Source: a virus
Taxonomy: Duplodnaviria > Caudoviricetes
IMG/VR virus record: IMGVR_UViG_3300038530_000810
Location: 1 to 35,672 of that record
Strand: one strand, 5' to 3'
DNA: 35,672 nt
The notes beneath the pieces are model-generated. The model was not told the DNA's origin, did not search any database, and saw only the letters and a program-made list of their open reading frames with translations. Shown here one piece after another: positions 9,808 to 19,512 of the stretch (position 1 is the first letter of the stretch; every line of letters starts with the position of its first letter). The position numbers and the translations under genes are program-made.

Positions 9808-12318
9808 ATGACAGTATCAACAACGATAATAAAATCTTCCCATAATGGTAATGGTTCTACAACTACATTTGCATATAGTTTTAGAATTTTATCAAACTCA
9901 GATTTAGTTGTAATAATTCGTAATAATTCAACAGGCACAGAGACTACCAAAACTTTAACGACTCATTATACAGTTAGTGGAGCTGGTGATCCCTCGGGAG
10001 GAAGTATAACATTTACTTCTGGGAATATACCTGCTTCTGGTGAAACTGTAGTAATTAGACGAAATGTCCCGCAAACGCAATCTATTGATTATATTGCGAA
10101 TGATCCATTCCCTGCGGAGACTCATGAAGAGGGTTTGGATCGTGCTACTATGATTGCACAACAAGTCTCTGAAGCAACAGATAGATCAATAAAATTATCA
10201 AGAACAAATACAATGACATCTACAGAGTTTACTGTAGGTGCAACAGATAGAGCAAATAAAATTTTAGCATTTGATGGTAATGGTGAAATATCTGTTACTC
10301 AAGAATTAGGAACATTCAAAGGAAATTGGTCAAGTGGTACAGCATACGCTGCTAGAGATTTAGTAAAAGACACATCAACAAATAATATTTTTATTGTAAA
10401 CACAGCACATACTGCATCAGGTTCTCAACCTTTAACAACAAATACAAACTCAGCTAAATATGATTTAATTGTAGATGCAGCAACTGCAACAACCGCACAA
10501 ACCGCAGCATCTAATTCAGCAACTGCCGCAGCAAACTCAGCTACAGCAGCAGCAACTTCAGAAACAAATGCAGCTAATTCAGCAAATTCTGCAACATCAT
10601 CTGCATCAACCGCAACTACAAAAGCTAGTGAAGCATCAACATCTGCAACCAATGCAGAAAATGCAAAGAACGCAGCAGAGGCAGCATTAGATACGTTTGA
10701 TGATAAATTTTTGGGAAGTAAATCATCTGATCCAACAGTAGATAATGATGGTAATGCACTTACAGATGGTGCTTTATATTTTAATACAACTTTAAATGTT
10801 ATGAAGGTTTATGACCTTGGTAATACACAATGGAAACAATTAGTACCAACAACATCACAACAAGCAAACATTGATACAGTTGCTGCTAACAATGCAAATA
10901 TTACAACTGTTGCAGGACAAATCACACCAACAAATAATATTTCATCGGTTGTTTCAAACGCAACAAATATAGGTTTAGTAGGTGGTTCAATAACCAATGT
11001 AAACTTAGTAGGTGGTTCAATAACAAATGTTAATGAAGTTGGAAACAACATGGGTACAGTTAATGAATTTGGTGAAAGATATAGAGTTTCAAGTTCTGCT
11101 CCAACTACTTCATTAAATGTTGGTGATTTATATTTTGATACAACCCAAAATGAACTTAAAGTTTACAAATCAAGTGGTTGGAGTGCTGCGGGTTCTACTA
11201 TTAATGGTACATCAGCAAGGTTTACATACACAGCTTCTGCTAATCAGACAGTATTTACAGGCTCGGATAATAATGGAAACACCCTCGCTTATGATGCGGG
11301 TTTTGTTGATGTTTATTTGAATGGTGTAAAAATGGTTAATGGAGTTGATGTAACAGTAACTTCAGGTAGTTCAGTTGTGTTAGCTTCAGGAGCTAATGCG
11401 TCTGATACAGTAGATATAGTTGGATTTGGTACGTTTAATGTAGCTTCTATTGCAGCATCATCAATAACTTCAGGGACTTTAAATAATGATCGTTTACCTT
11501 CACCAACATTAGTTGTTAAAGGTGATGGTTCAAGTGTAGATGGATCTATACAATTAAACTGTCATGTTAATACTCATGGTGTAAAAATAAAAGCACCACC
11601 TCACTCTGCTGGACAATCATACACTTTAATATTACCTCAAAACACAGGTACAAATGGACAAGTATTAGCAAGTAATGGTTCGAGTACAAATCAATTATCT
11701 TGGATTGATGCAACAGAAACAAAACCTACTGTAGCAAATGTTTCACAAACAATATCACCTGCTACCGCAACTACAATAAGTATTACAGGAACAAACTTTG
11801 TATCTATACCTCAAGTTGATTTTATTAATGGTTCTACTGGAGCTATAACAAGAGCTAATACAGTTTCATTTACAAACGCTACAACATTATCTGTTAATGT
11901 TACTTTAGCGGCAGGAAATTATTATGTAAGAATAGAAAACCCAGATGGTAATGCTGGAAGGTCTACAAATAACATTATTACAGCATCTACAGCACCAAGT
12001 TTTTCTACAGCAGCAGGTTCTATAGGAACAGTTGGAGCTGGAGAGTCAGTATCGTTATCAGTTTCTGCGACATCAGATTCATCTGTAACAATAACAGAAA
12101 CAACATCAGTATTAACATCTAATGCTAACACTCCAGCAGCAACTATGAACTTGAGCTTGGCATCAAATGGTAATATAACAGGAACAGCACCAAGTCCTAC
12201 AAACTCTCAAACTTATAATTTTACTTTGAGAGCTACAGACGCTGAGGGACAAACAGTAGATAGAGCATTTTCAATTACTATATCAGTAGGTGCAACTGGA
12301 GGAGGACAGTTTAACTAA
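9808..12318 (+). CDS. Tail fibre protein (T7 gp17-like N-terminus, Ala/Ser/Thr-rich shaft, C-terminal Ig-like domains)
   Basis: 'GNGSTTTFAYSF' adaptor motif; low-complexity shaft; IPT-like and He_PIG-like 'NFTLRATD...DRAFSITI' end. Confidence 0.8.
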   Translation: MTVSTTIIKSSHNGNGSTTTFAYSFRILSNSDLVVIIRNNSTGTETTKTLTTHYTVSGAGDPSGGSITFTSGNIPASGETVVIRRNVPQTQSIDYIANDPFPAETHEEGLDRATMIAQQVSEATDRSIKLSRTNTMTSTEFTVGATDRANKILAFDGNGEISVTQELGTFKGNWSSGTAYAARDLVKDTSTNNIFIVNTAHTASGSQPLTTNTNSAKYDLIVDAATATTAQTAASNSATAAANSATAAATSETNAANSANSATSSASTATTKASEASTSATNAENAKNAAEAALDTFDDKFLGSKSSDPTVDNDGNALTDGALYFNTTLNVMKVYDLGNTQWKQLVPTTSQQANIDTVAANNANITTVAGQITPTNNISSVVSNATNIGLVGGSITNVNLVGGSITNVNEVGNNMGTVNEFGERYRVSSSAPTTSLNVGDLYFDTTQNELKVYKSSGWSAAGSTINGTSARFTYTASANQTVFTGSDNNGNTLAYDAGFVDVYLNGVKMVNGVDVTVTSGSSVVLASGANASDTVDIVGFGTFNVASIAASSITSGTLNNDRLPSPTLVVKGDGSSVDGSIQLNCHVNTHGVKIKAPPHSAGQSYTLILPQNTGTNGQVLASNGSSTNQLSWIDATETKPTVANVSQTISPATATTISITGTNFVSIPQVDFINGSTGAITRANTVSFTNATTLSVNVTLAAGNYYVRIENPDGNAGRSTNNIITASTAPSFSTAAGSIGTVGAGESVSLSVSATSDSSVTITETTSVLTSNANTPAATMNLSLASNGNITGTAPSPTNSQTYNFTLRATDAEGQTVDRAFSITISVGATGGGQFN
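10975..11030 (+). repeat. 30-nt-period tandem repeat in the tail fibre (LVGGSITNVN)
   Basis: TTAGTAGGTGGTTCAATAAC at 10975 and 11005. Confidence 0.85.
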
Positions 12319-13718
12319 TGGCTAGCACATATTTAACAAAGGTAGCACCAGCAGCAGGAAATAGAACTAAAGGTACTATTTCTATGTGGGTAAAAAGAGG
12401 CAGCTTAGGTAGCACCGAATATCTTTATACAGAATATCTTAACAGCACAGATCATGGAGTTGTTTATTTTTCTGGTGCAAATGGTTTAAACATAAAAAGT
12501 GTTAATGGTAATTCAGCAGAAATGCAACTATCTACTAACAGAAAATTTAGAGATATAAATGGTTGGTATAATTTAGTTTTTGCTTGGGACACATCACAAG
12601 TAACTGCATCAGATAGAGTTAAAATGTATGTAAATGGAGTTCAAGAAACTTCATTTAGTACAGCTACTTATCCTTCTCAAAGCTCTAATTTAAAATTTGG
12701 GATTGGTTCACCAAGTGGAAATAATTATAACATTTATATTGGAAGAAAAGGTAGTGCTTCAGACTATTTTACTGGTTCTATGTCGCACTTTCATAGAGTT
12801 GACAACCAACAACTAACACCATCAACATTTGGTTCAACAGACAGCACAACTGGTGAATGGAAAATAAATACTTCACCAAGCATAACTTATACTGGTTCTA
12901 GTAGTCATAATTTTTTTATTTTAAAAGATGGTAATTCAGTAACAGACCAATCAGGCGAAGGTAATAATTTAACAGTTGGCGGTGGTACACTTACAAAAAC
13001 AGAGGATTGTCCAAGTAATGTTTTTGCTACTTTAAATCCTTTAGACCAAGCTCAGATTAATACTAAACCTACATTGGCTAGCGGTAATACTCAATGGACA
13101 GCATCAGGTAATTCTTCATCAAACTGTTCAATAAGAGGAACAATAGGTAATTCAAGTGGAAAATTTTATTTTGAAGCAAAACTTTTAGAAGCAAGTAATG
13201 CAGGATTTGGTATGCACAGAATTAATGAGGGTAATTGGTATGATAGTACTGGTTACATGGGAAATAATGGTGGTTTGAATGGCATACTTTTTACAGGTAC
13301 TGATAATATTCGTTCTATAGTTAATGGCACAAATAATGGTTCTAGTTTAGGCACAGTAAGTAATAATGATATTATTGGTTGTGCTTTTGATTTAGATAAC
13401 AAAAAATTTTATTTTCATAAAAATGGAACATATATTTCAATAGGTGGAAGTGTAGGTGATCCAACATCAGGTTCAACTGGCACAGGTGCTTTTGGAACTT
13501 TAGGTAATGGACTTAATAGTTCAACAGCTCTTTATGTTCCTGCGGTATGGAATGAATCTTATGGTACTGCATCAAGTGTAGCATTTAACTTCGGCAATGG
13601 CTACTTCGGAACAACAGCAGTATCAAGTGCAGGAACTAACGCTAGTAATATCGGAATATTTGAGTATGATGTTCCAACAGGTTATACTGCTTTATCAACA
13701 AAAGGATTAAATTTATAA
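12318..13718 (+). CDS. Virion protein with LamG/ConA-like and SPRY-like domains
   Basis: 'TISMWVKR', 'WYNLVFAWD', 'MYVNGVQ'; 'GKFYFE', 'DIIGCAFDLDN', 'FNFG'. Confidence 0.65.
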   Translation: MASTYLTKVAPAAGNRTKGTISMWVKRGSLGSTEYLYTEYLNSTDHGVVYFSGANGLNIKSVNGNSAEMQLSTNRKFRDINGWYNLVFAWDTSQVTASDRVKMYVNGVQETSFSTATYPSQSSNLKFGIGSPSGNNYNIYIGRKGSASDYFTGSMSHFHRVDNQQLTPSTFGSTDSTTGEWKINTSPSITYTGSSSHNFFILKDGNSVTDQSGEGNNLTVGGGTLTKTEDCPSNVFATLNPLDQAQINTKPTLASGNTQWTASGNSSSNCSIRGTIGNSSGKFYFEAKLLEASNAGFGMHRINEGNWYDSTGYMGNNGGLNGILFTGTDNIRSIVNGTNNGSSLGTVSNNDIIGCAFDLDNKKFYFHKNGTYISIGGSVGDPTSGSTGTGAFGTLGNGLNSSTALYVPAVWNESYGTASSVAFNFGNGYFGTTAVSSAGTNASNIGIFEYDVPTGYTALSTKGLNL

Positions 13719-13719
13719 T

Positions 13720-14778
13720 ATGGCTTATACAACAATTAATAAACCTACAGATTATTTTAATACTAAACTTTACACAGGAAATGGCTCTACAAATGCAATA
13801 ACAGGAGTGGGATTTCAACCTGATTGGGTTTCTATTAAAAGAAGAAGCGGTGGTGCAGCTAATGGTGGTGTTTTTGATGCTTTAAGAGGAGTAACAAAAC
13901 TTATAAGTACAAGTACGAATGATGCTGAACAAACTAGAGCAGATAGTTTAACAGCATTTGGTACTGATGGATTTACTTTAGGTGCTGATTCAGGAAATTA
14001 TGTAAATGGAAATAGTCAAACATTTGTATCATGGAACTGGAAAGCAGGAACAACTGGTTCTGGCACAACAACTGGATCAGGATATGGCAAAGCGTATTCT
14101 TATTCTGTAAGTACAACAGCAGGATTTTCTATAGTTAAATATAAAGGTAATGGTTCAGCAGGACACACAATACCACATCATTTAGGCACAACACCTAGTC
14201 TTATTTTTGTTAAAAATTTAGATGCAGCTCAATCTTGGTTAGTAGGAAATACTCATTTAGGTTGGACAAGAAATTTACATTTAAATGAAAGTGGAGTTAT
14301 AGAGACTACATCAAATATATGGAACGACACAGCACCTACTTCAACTGTTTTTACTGTGGGAACAAACTCAAAATGCAATACTGATGATGCTGATTATATA
14401 GCTTATGTATTTGCAGAAATAACTGGTTATAGTAAATGGGGTAAATATTATGGTACTAATAGTACTGATGGAGCATTTTTATATACTGGTTTTAAACCAG
14501 CTCTAATGATTTTAAAAAGATTAGATGGACAAGCTAATTCTTGGTTAATATTAGATAACAAAAGAGATACTGACAATTTAGTTGAAAATTATCTTTTTCC
14601 ATCAGAAAGTGATGCAGAAGGTAATGGTTCAGGAAGTCAAGGATGGGATTTTTTATCAAATGGAATAAAACAAATAAATACTTATGGTTCAGCAAATCAG
14701 GCAGCAAATTATTTCTTTATTGCTTTTGCAGAGACACCATTAGTAGGAACAAATAACATACCATGCACAGCGAGGTAA
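13720..14778 (+). CDS. Tail-associated structural protein with three YxGNG-type repeats
   Basis: 'YTGNG..GFQPDWV', 'YKGNG..HHLGTTP', 'YYGTN..GFKPALM'; 'Y-x-x-x-x-FAE' repeat ends. Confidence 0.55.
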   Translation: MAYTTINKPTDYFNTKLYTGNGSTNAITGVGFQPDWVSIKRRSGGAANGGVFDALRGVTKLISTSTNDAEQTRADSLTAFGTDGFTLGADSGNYVNGNSQTFVSWNWKAGTTGSGTTTGSGYGKAYSYSVSTTAGFSIVKYKGNGSAGHTIPHHLGTTPSLIFVKNLDAAQSWLVGNTHLGWTRNLHLNESGVIETTSNIWNDTAPTSTVFTVGTNSKCNTDDADYIAYVFAEITGYSKWGKYYGTNSTDGAFLYTGFKPALMILKRLDGQANSWLILDNKRDTDNLVENYLFPSESDAEGNGSGSQGWDFLSNGIKQINTYGSANQAANYFFIAFAETPLVGTNNIPCTAR

Positions 14779-14779
14779 T

Positions 14780-16414
14780 ATGACAAAAGCAAGAACAATA
14801 GCAGATTTAGGAACAGGTTTTGTAAACATAAGTGATACAGGTACTGAAGGCACTAAAGTTGCATCTGGTACAACAGCACAAAGAGGATCAACAACAGGAC
14901 AAATTAGATTTAATACGACTACAAGTGTTGCAGAATATTATGATGGTTCAGGTTTTAAAATTATAGATACACCACCTACTGTTACTGCGGTAAGCAAAAC
15001 ATTAATAGATAGTAATTCAGGAACAACATCCGATATAGTTATAACAGGTACACTTTTTGCTAATGGTGCAACTGTTTTACTTATACCCGCTTCTGGTTCA
15101 AATATAACACCTAACAGCACAACATTTAACAATACAGCTCAAATAACTATTACTGTAACAGATAGTAATTTTGTTAATGCAAATGAACCTTATGCTGTTA
15201 AAGTTACAAATCCATCTGGCACAAGCGCAATATTAGAAAGTGCCATAAATGTTGATACAAGTGTTGCTTGGTCAACTTCTGCTGGATCATTAGGAACTAT
15301 TCAAAGTGATACTACAGGAAATCATTTTACAGTTTCAGCAACAGATTCAGATGGTGATACAATCACTTATTCAGTTCTATCAGGTTCATTGCCGGGTGGC
15401 TTAAGTTTAAACTCTAGTACTGGTGTTATATCAGGTGATCCTACAGACGTAGTAAGTTCAACTACAACAAATTTTACTTTAAGAGCATCTACAACAAATG
15501 CTAATGCAGACAGAGCATTTTCAATAACAGTTACACCCCCGCCAGTTCCAATAGATTTTTTAGTAATAGCGGGAGGTGGTTCAGCAGCTAATAGTGGTGA
15601 GCAACATACTGCGACAGGAGGTGGTGGCGCAGGAGGTATGAGAAGCTCAGTTGCGGCTACAGGCGGAGGTGCTAGTCCCGAAACAACCCCTACTGCTCAA
15701 CCCGGAACAGTTTTAACAATCACTATTGGAGCAGGAGGTGCAAAAAGTAATAGTTCTTTTGGTTCAGGTTCAAGTGGTTCAAATAGTTCAATAGCAGGAA
15801 CAAACAGTTTTACAACAATCACCTCTATCGGAGGAGGTAAATCACCCGGTTATGGAACTACAACAGGAGTTGCAGGAGGATCGGGAGGCGGAGTTGGTCA
15901 ATTCCCGGGAGGGGGAACAGGCGGTGCAGGAACTGCCGGTCAAGGTTTTGCAGGCGGAAATACAAGTGTTAAAAGTCAATCCTATGGAGTTGCTGGATCA
16001 GGCGGTGGCGGAGCAGCAGCAGCAGGATCAAATAATAGCGGCTCTACTGGAGGAAATGGAGGCAATGGTGCTTCAAATAATATTACAGGATCAAGTGTTA
16101 CTTATGCTGGAGGCGGAGGTGCGGGAGGCGCATCGGCTGGGTCGGGAGGCTCAGGTGGAGGCGGTAATGCTGGAGCTTATAATGGTGGTATGGGAAGTGA
16201 TGGAGCTACGAATAAGGGTGGTGGAGGCGGTGGAACCGGCTCTGACCAAAACGATGGTTTTAATCAAAGAGGAGGAAATGGTGGTTCAGGTGTAGTGATT
16301 ATAAGAGTACCTACAAATAGATACTCTTCAACATCAACAGGTTCTCCAAGTGTTACAACATCTGGTTCAAATACAATATTAACATTTAATTCAAGTGGGA
16401 CTTATACAGTATAG
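14780..16414 (+). CDS. Ig-like (IPT + He_PIG) and glycine-rich tail/receptor protein
   Basis: 'GSLPGGLSLNSSTGVISG'; 'FLVIAGGG...GGGGAGG...GGSGVVIIR...TFNSSGT'; RBS-linked to the next gene. Confidence 0.65.
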   Translation: MTKARTIADLGTGFVNISDTGTEGTKVASGTTAQRGSTTGQIRFNTTTSVAEYYDGSGFKIIDTPPTVTAVSKTLIDSNSGTTSDIVITGTLFANGATVLLIPASGSNITPNSTTFNNTAQITITVTDSNFVNANEPYAVKVTNPSGTSAILESAINVDTSVAWSTSAGSLGTIQSDTTGNHFTVSATDSDGDTITYSVLSGSLPGGLSLNSSTGVISGDPTDVVSSTTTNFTLRASTTNANADRAFSITVTPPPVPIDFLVIAGGGSAANSGEQHTATGGGGAGGMRSSVAATGGGASPETTPTAQPGTVLTITIGAGGAKSNSSFGSGSSGSNSSIAGTNSFTTITSIGGGKSPGYGTTTGVAGGSGGGVGQFPGGGTGGAGTAGQGFAGGNTSVKSQSYGVAGSGGGGAAAAGSNNSGSTGGNGGNGASNNITGSSVTYAGGGGAGGASAGSGGSGGGGNAGAYNGGMGSDGATNKGGGGGGTGSDQNDGFNQRGGNGGSGVVIIRVPTNRYSSTSTGSPSVTTSGSNTILTFNSSGTYTV

Positions 16415-16422
16415 GAGATTTT

Positions 16423-16767
16423 ATGGCACATTTTGCAAAATTAGGAGCAGGTAATATAGTTGAAAGAGTTGAAGTAGTTGCAAATGATATAGCAACAACT
16501 GAAGAAAAAGGAATAGAATTTTTAAAATCTCTTCATGGTAATGATACAGTTTGGGTACAAACATCTTATAATAGTAATATAAGAAAAAATTATGCAGGAG
16601 TAGGTTATACTTATTATCAAAATTTAGACGCATTTATAGAACCAAAACCTTTTGATAGTTGGATTTTAGATCACGAAACTTGTTTATGGCAAGCTCCAAC
16701 ACCACACCCTAATGATGGTAAAAGATATTCATGGGATGAAGATAATAAAACGTGGTATGAATTTTAA
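16423..16767 (+). CDS. Conserved phage protein that typically follows Gly-rich tail proteins (possible chaperone)
   Basis: AGGAG RBS; 'MAHFA', 'WVQTSYN', 'RKNYAG', 'YSWDE'. Confidence 0.55.
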   Translation: MAHFAKLGAGNIVERVEVVANDIATTEEKGIEFLKSLHGNDTVWVQTSYNSNIRKNYAGVGYTYYQNLDAFIEPKPFDSWILDHETCLWQAPTPHPNDGKRYSWDEDNKTWYEF

Positions 16768-16773
16768 TCTAAA

Positions 16774-16998
16774 ATGAAATACATACTAAGTATGATACTT
16801 TGTAGCGGTGTTGCTACATCATGCTTAGAACCAATACCTTTAGAAGATATATTGTATGATGATGTTTATTCATGTATGATCGCTGGTTATAAAGAATCAA
16901 GTTCTAAAATAATAGAGATAGGACCTGATGATGTAAATGAATATGAGATATATATAAAGTTTTATTGCAGAGAATATTTAGAGGGAGTCAATGCGTAA
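16774..16998 (+). CDS. Small Cys-containing hypothetical protein with hydrophobic N-terminus
   Basis: 74-aa ORF in the operon; four Cys. Confidence 0.5.
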   Translation: MKYILSMILCSGVATSCLEPIPLEDILYDDVYSCMIAGYKESSSKIIEIGPDDVNEYEIYIKFYCREYLEGVNA

Positions 16999-17236
16999 AA
17001 AAAAGAAAATTACAAGCAAAGATTATGGAGAGTTATCGGCTGGAGTTAGACTTTCAACACATGAGAAAGTTTGCGCAGAACGAATGAAAACATTATTTAA
17101 AGCAATAGATGAAATGAGATTAGAAATAAAACAACTAAGAACAGATGTATCAAAAGGGAAAGGAGCAATTAATTTATTAATTATATTAGGTGGACTAGCA
17201 GGAGCTTTGCTAGGCTACTTCAAATGGAATGGTTAG
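16991..17236 (+). CDS. Coiled-coil protein with C-terminal TM helix (possible lysis protein)
   Basis: GAGGGAG RBS; 'HEKVCAER'; hydrophobic C-terminus. Confidence 0.5.
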   Translation: MRKKKKITSKDYGELSAGVRLSTHEKVCAERMKTLFKAIDEMRLEIKQLRTDVSKGKGAINLLIILGGLAGALLGYFKWNG

Positions 17237-17531
17237 GCACTCCTCAACAATAGCAGGACTAACTAGCGAAATCACAGCACAACTTAAATTTGCCAAAGAC
17301 CCAAACATTTTAGTTTTTACACCATTAGGAGGTCTTGGTCCCATTGATATTATAACTCTAAATATTAAAACAGGTGAGTATAAAGCCTATGATGTAAAAT
17401 CAAAAAACACTAGAAAAAAAGATTTTATGGCTAAAGATGGATATAAAAGGAACACAGTTGGATCATTGATAAATAGACCTAAAAGTGATATACAAAAAAA
17501 ATTAAATGTTGAAATTATATATGTGGATTAA
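17229..17531 (+). CDS. Small PD-(D/E)XK endonuclease-like protein
   Basis: 'SE...VFTP...PIDII...YDVKS' fits the E..PD..(D/E)xK pattern. Confidence 0.55.
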   Translation: MVRHSSTIAGLTSEITAQLKFAKDPNILVFTPLGGLGPIDIITLNIKTGEYKAYDVKSKNTRKKDFMAKDGYKRNTVGSLINRPKSDIQKKLNVEIIYVD

Positions 17532-17540
17532 ATAACTAAT

Positions 17541-17912
17541 ATGCTGCCATACAATATATTATTTAAAATAGGCTCTAAAGCAGTAGGAACTTATATGAAC
17601 AGACGAGCAGAGAAGAGTGAACGTAAACATCAAATTGCTCTTCAAGAGATGCAAACTGGTAACGAAAGAGCAAAAAGAAATGGATCATTAATATTAGATT
17701 TAGTGTTAGGTGCATTTATATTAGCACCATTAGGTATACTTGCTTATGCTACATTTTATGGTGATATGGCTATGTTAAAAAAAGTAGAGTTTTATTTTGA
17801 GCAACTTAAAAATATACCAGAGGTTTATTTATATTTAATTTTTATTGTAGTGGGTGGCAACTATGGAATATCTGTTACTAATTTATTGTCCAATAAAAAA
17901 TTTAAAAAATGA
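17541..17912 (+). CDS. Holin-like membrane protein
   Basis: 123 aa; two hydrophobic segments; basic C-terminus. Confidence 0.5.
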   Translation: MLPYNILFKIGSKAVGTYMNRRAEKSERKHQIALQEMQTGNERAKRNGSLILDLVLGAFILAPLGILAYATFYGDMAMLKKVEFYFEQLKNIPEVYLYLIFIVVGGNYGISVTNLLSNKKFKK

Positions 17913-18142
17913 CAATAGCTGCCTTTGATCCCTCTTTATTATCTAACTATGAACAACCTAAACATTTATTACATTTTCAATGGAAAAATTCTGATACTAA
18001 AATTTATAGATATGCTTTAGTTGAAGTAATTGATATAACTAAAATAGATCATAAAACAAAAACTAAACAAGATGAGAAAGGATTAAAACAAAAGGATATA
18101 TGGTTAAAAAAATATTCGTACAACAATACAGTAAAAGGGTAA
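17909..18142 (+). CDS. Hypothetical 'LHFQW...YRYALVE' protein, homologue of 35040..35264
   Basis: ATGA overlap with the holin-like gene; about 42 of 69 aligned residues identical to the 35040 ORF by manual alignment. Confidence 0.75.
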   Translation: MTIAAFDPSLLSNYEQPKHLLHFQWKNSDTKIYRYALVEVIDITKIDHKTKTKQDEKGLKQKDIWLKKYSYNNTVKG

Positions 18143-18163
18143 CACACTTATCCCAACAAGGCT

Positions 18164-18307
18164 ATGGCAAGAAAAAAATTCAACGTAGAAAAAATACCAC
18201 ACGAAAGAATACCAAAAAAAACTAGCATTGGTCGTAGACCTAAGATGAGTTCTATGAACAAAAGTCGCAAAAGGTCTTGGAAATCTTACAATAGACAAGG
18301 TAAATAA
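18164..18307 (+). CDS. 47-aa basic protein (MARKKFNVEK...KKTSIGRR...RQGK), not in the ORF track
   Basis: Open frame read manually; fills the operon gap. Confidence 0.65.
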   Translation: MARKKFNVEKIPHERIPKKTSIGRRPKMSSMNKSRKRSWKSYNRQGK

Positions 18308-18337
18308 AAAATTATAGTATATAAGGGGAGGGTAATT

Positions 18338-18436
18338 ATGAATAAAATAAAAGAAGTATTAAAACACTTTTGGTCAGATCATAAAATTGTATCAGGTGTT
18401 ATTATTTTAATTATTGTTATAGCAACTATATTGTAA
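18338..18436 (+). CDS. 32-aa single-TM protein, not in the ORF track
   Basis: GGGGAGG RBS; MNKIKEVLKHFWSDHKIVSGVIILIIVIATIL; TAATG coupling to the next gene. Confidence 0.65.
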   Translation: MNKIKEVLKHFWSDHKIVSGVIILIIVIATIL

Positions 18437-18819
18437 TGAAGATCAGCGAAAGTACATCAGTAAGTATGCCAATCAAAAACATGTTGGCTATTATTGCTGG
18501 AATTATCGCTGGCGTAATCGGTTACACAGAACTTACTGCTAGACTTACATCTCTTGAAACAAGTCGTGAGCTTATGCAATCTGACCTGCTCAAGGCTTCC
18601 GATCAGAAGCCAGTAGATCAGGAGCAATTTTTGATTCAAGAATCACTAGCATCTGATTTGGAAAAGACTATAGTGCGTGTAGATGAGATGATGCACAATG
18701 GAGTAAATATCTCAAGAATGATGAAAGATATTGAAAGATTGCGTGAAGATGTTGAAAAATTAAAAGATAAGGTAAGAGAAAATGGAAGTAGTTATAGCAC
18801 TAATAATGTTTCTAAATAA
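18436..18819 (+). CDS. Protein with N-terminal TM and coiled coil
   Basis: 127 aa; 'MLAIIAGIIAGVIGY' followed by heptads. Confidence 0.55.
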   Translation: MKISESTSVSMPIKNMLAIIAGIIAGVIGYTELTARLTSLETSRELMQSDLLKASDQKPVDQEQFLIQESLASDLEKTIVRVDEMMHNGVNISRMMKDIERLREDVEKLKDKVRENGSSYSTNNVSK

Positions 18820-18988
18820 TGAGAGAGTAGAATTTACTTATAAAGATACTTTATCTTCATGCCTAAAGTCAAAGCGCATAGCTCTGCGTGAAGTAAATCC
18901 GCAGCGTGTAAGATTTGAATGTAAAAAAGTCAAAGCACAAATGGAAATATACATGGGTCAAAAAAAAATTACAAAGATTATAGATTAA
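18782..18988 (+). CDS. Small hypothetical protein with two Cys
   Basis: 68 aa; overlaps the upstream gene by 38 nt; 'SCLKSKR...FEC'. Confidence 0.5.
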   Translation: MEVVIALIMFLNNERVEFTYKDTLSSCLKSKRIALREVNPQRVRFECKKVKAQMEIYMGQKKITKIID

Positions 18989-18989
18989 T

Positions 18990-19229
18990 ATGGCAATAGA
19001 TAAATCAAAAATGAAATGCAACACGCCTAAAAGACAAGTTCAAGGTGGTAAAAAATTTGTAGTCAAAGCATGTAAAGGTGGCAAATCAAAAATTATCAGG
19101 TATGGAGATGCCAACATGAAAATTCGTAAATCGAATCCAGCAGCTAGAAAAAGTTTCAGAGCAAGACATAGATGCAATACAGCAACTGATAAATTTACAG
19201 CACGTTATTGGTCTTGTAAAAAATGGTAA
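18990..19229 (+). CDS. Basic conserved viral protein ('RKSFRARH.C...ARYWSC..W')
   Basis: 79 aa; the motif is familiar from marine viral hypothetical proteins. Confidence 0.6.
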   Translation: MAIDKSKMKCNTPKRQVQGGKKFVVKACKGGKSKIIRYGDANMKIRKSNPAARKSFRARHRCNTATDKFTARYWSCKKW

Positions 19230-19438
19230 GAAAGACTTGGAATAAAACCAAAGATAGAATTTTTGTTTGTGGGTACTGCAATATGTGTGAAAAAGAATTG
19301 TTGAATAACGAAGGTGGATGGATTATAAATGCAGAGAAGAAACACTTTTGCCACGATGGTCGTGATGGAAGTTGTTTTGATAAATACTGTCATAAAAAAA
19401 AGGAGGCACAATGCCGGGACACTATGGAAAAAAAATGA
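19223..19438 (+). CDS. Small Cys/His-rich (zinc-finger-like) protein
   Basis: 'CGYCNMC...HFCH...SCF'. Confidence 0.5.
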   Translation: MVRKTWNKTKDRIFVCGYCNMCEKELLNNEGGWIINAEKKHFCHDGRDGSCFDKYCHKKKEAQCRDTMEKK

Positions 19439-19512
19439 AGAAACCAATGGGTAAAAAAAAGAAAATGGATAAGAAAAAAAATAAAACAAAAATGAAAGCG
19501 AGTAAAAGATAA
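19411..19512 (+). CDS. 33-aa Lys/Met-rich peptide (MPGHYGKKMKKP...), not in the ORF track
   Basis: AGGAGG RBS; TAATG coupling to the next ORF. Confidence 0.65.
   Translation: MPGHYGKKMKKPMGKKKKMDKKKNKTKMKASKR

Noticed and set aside
10425-10690. Gln-rich and Ala/Val-rich alternative-frame ORFs (also 15852..16295)
   Set aside because: Shadows of low-complexity Ala/Ser/Thr or Gly codons in tail genes
17128-17139. AAAACAACT matches inside coding regions (also near 32320; one-mismatch copies near 20610 and 26650)
   Set aside because: Not at start sites; they show that box a alone can arise by chance in this A-rich genome, so they were not counted as targets
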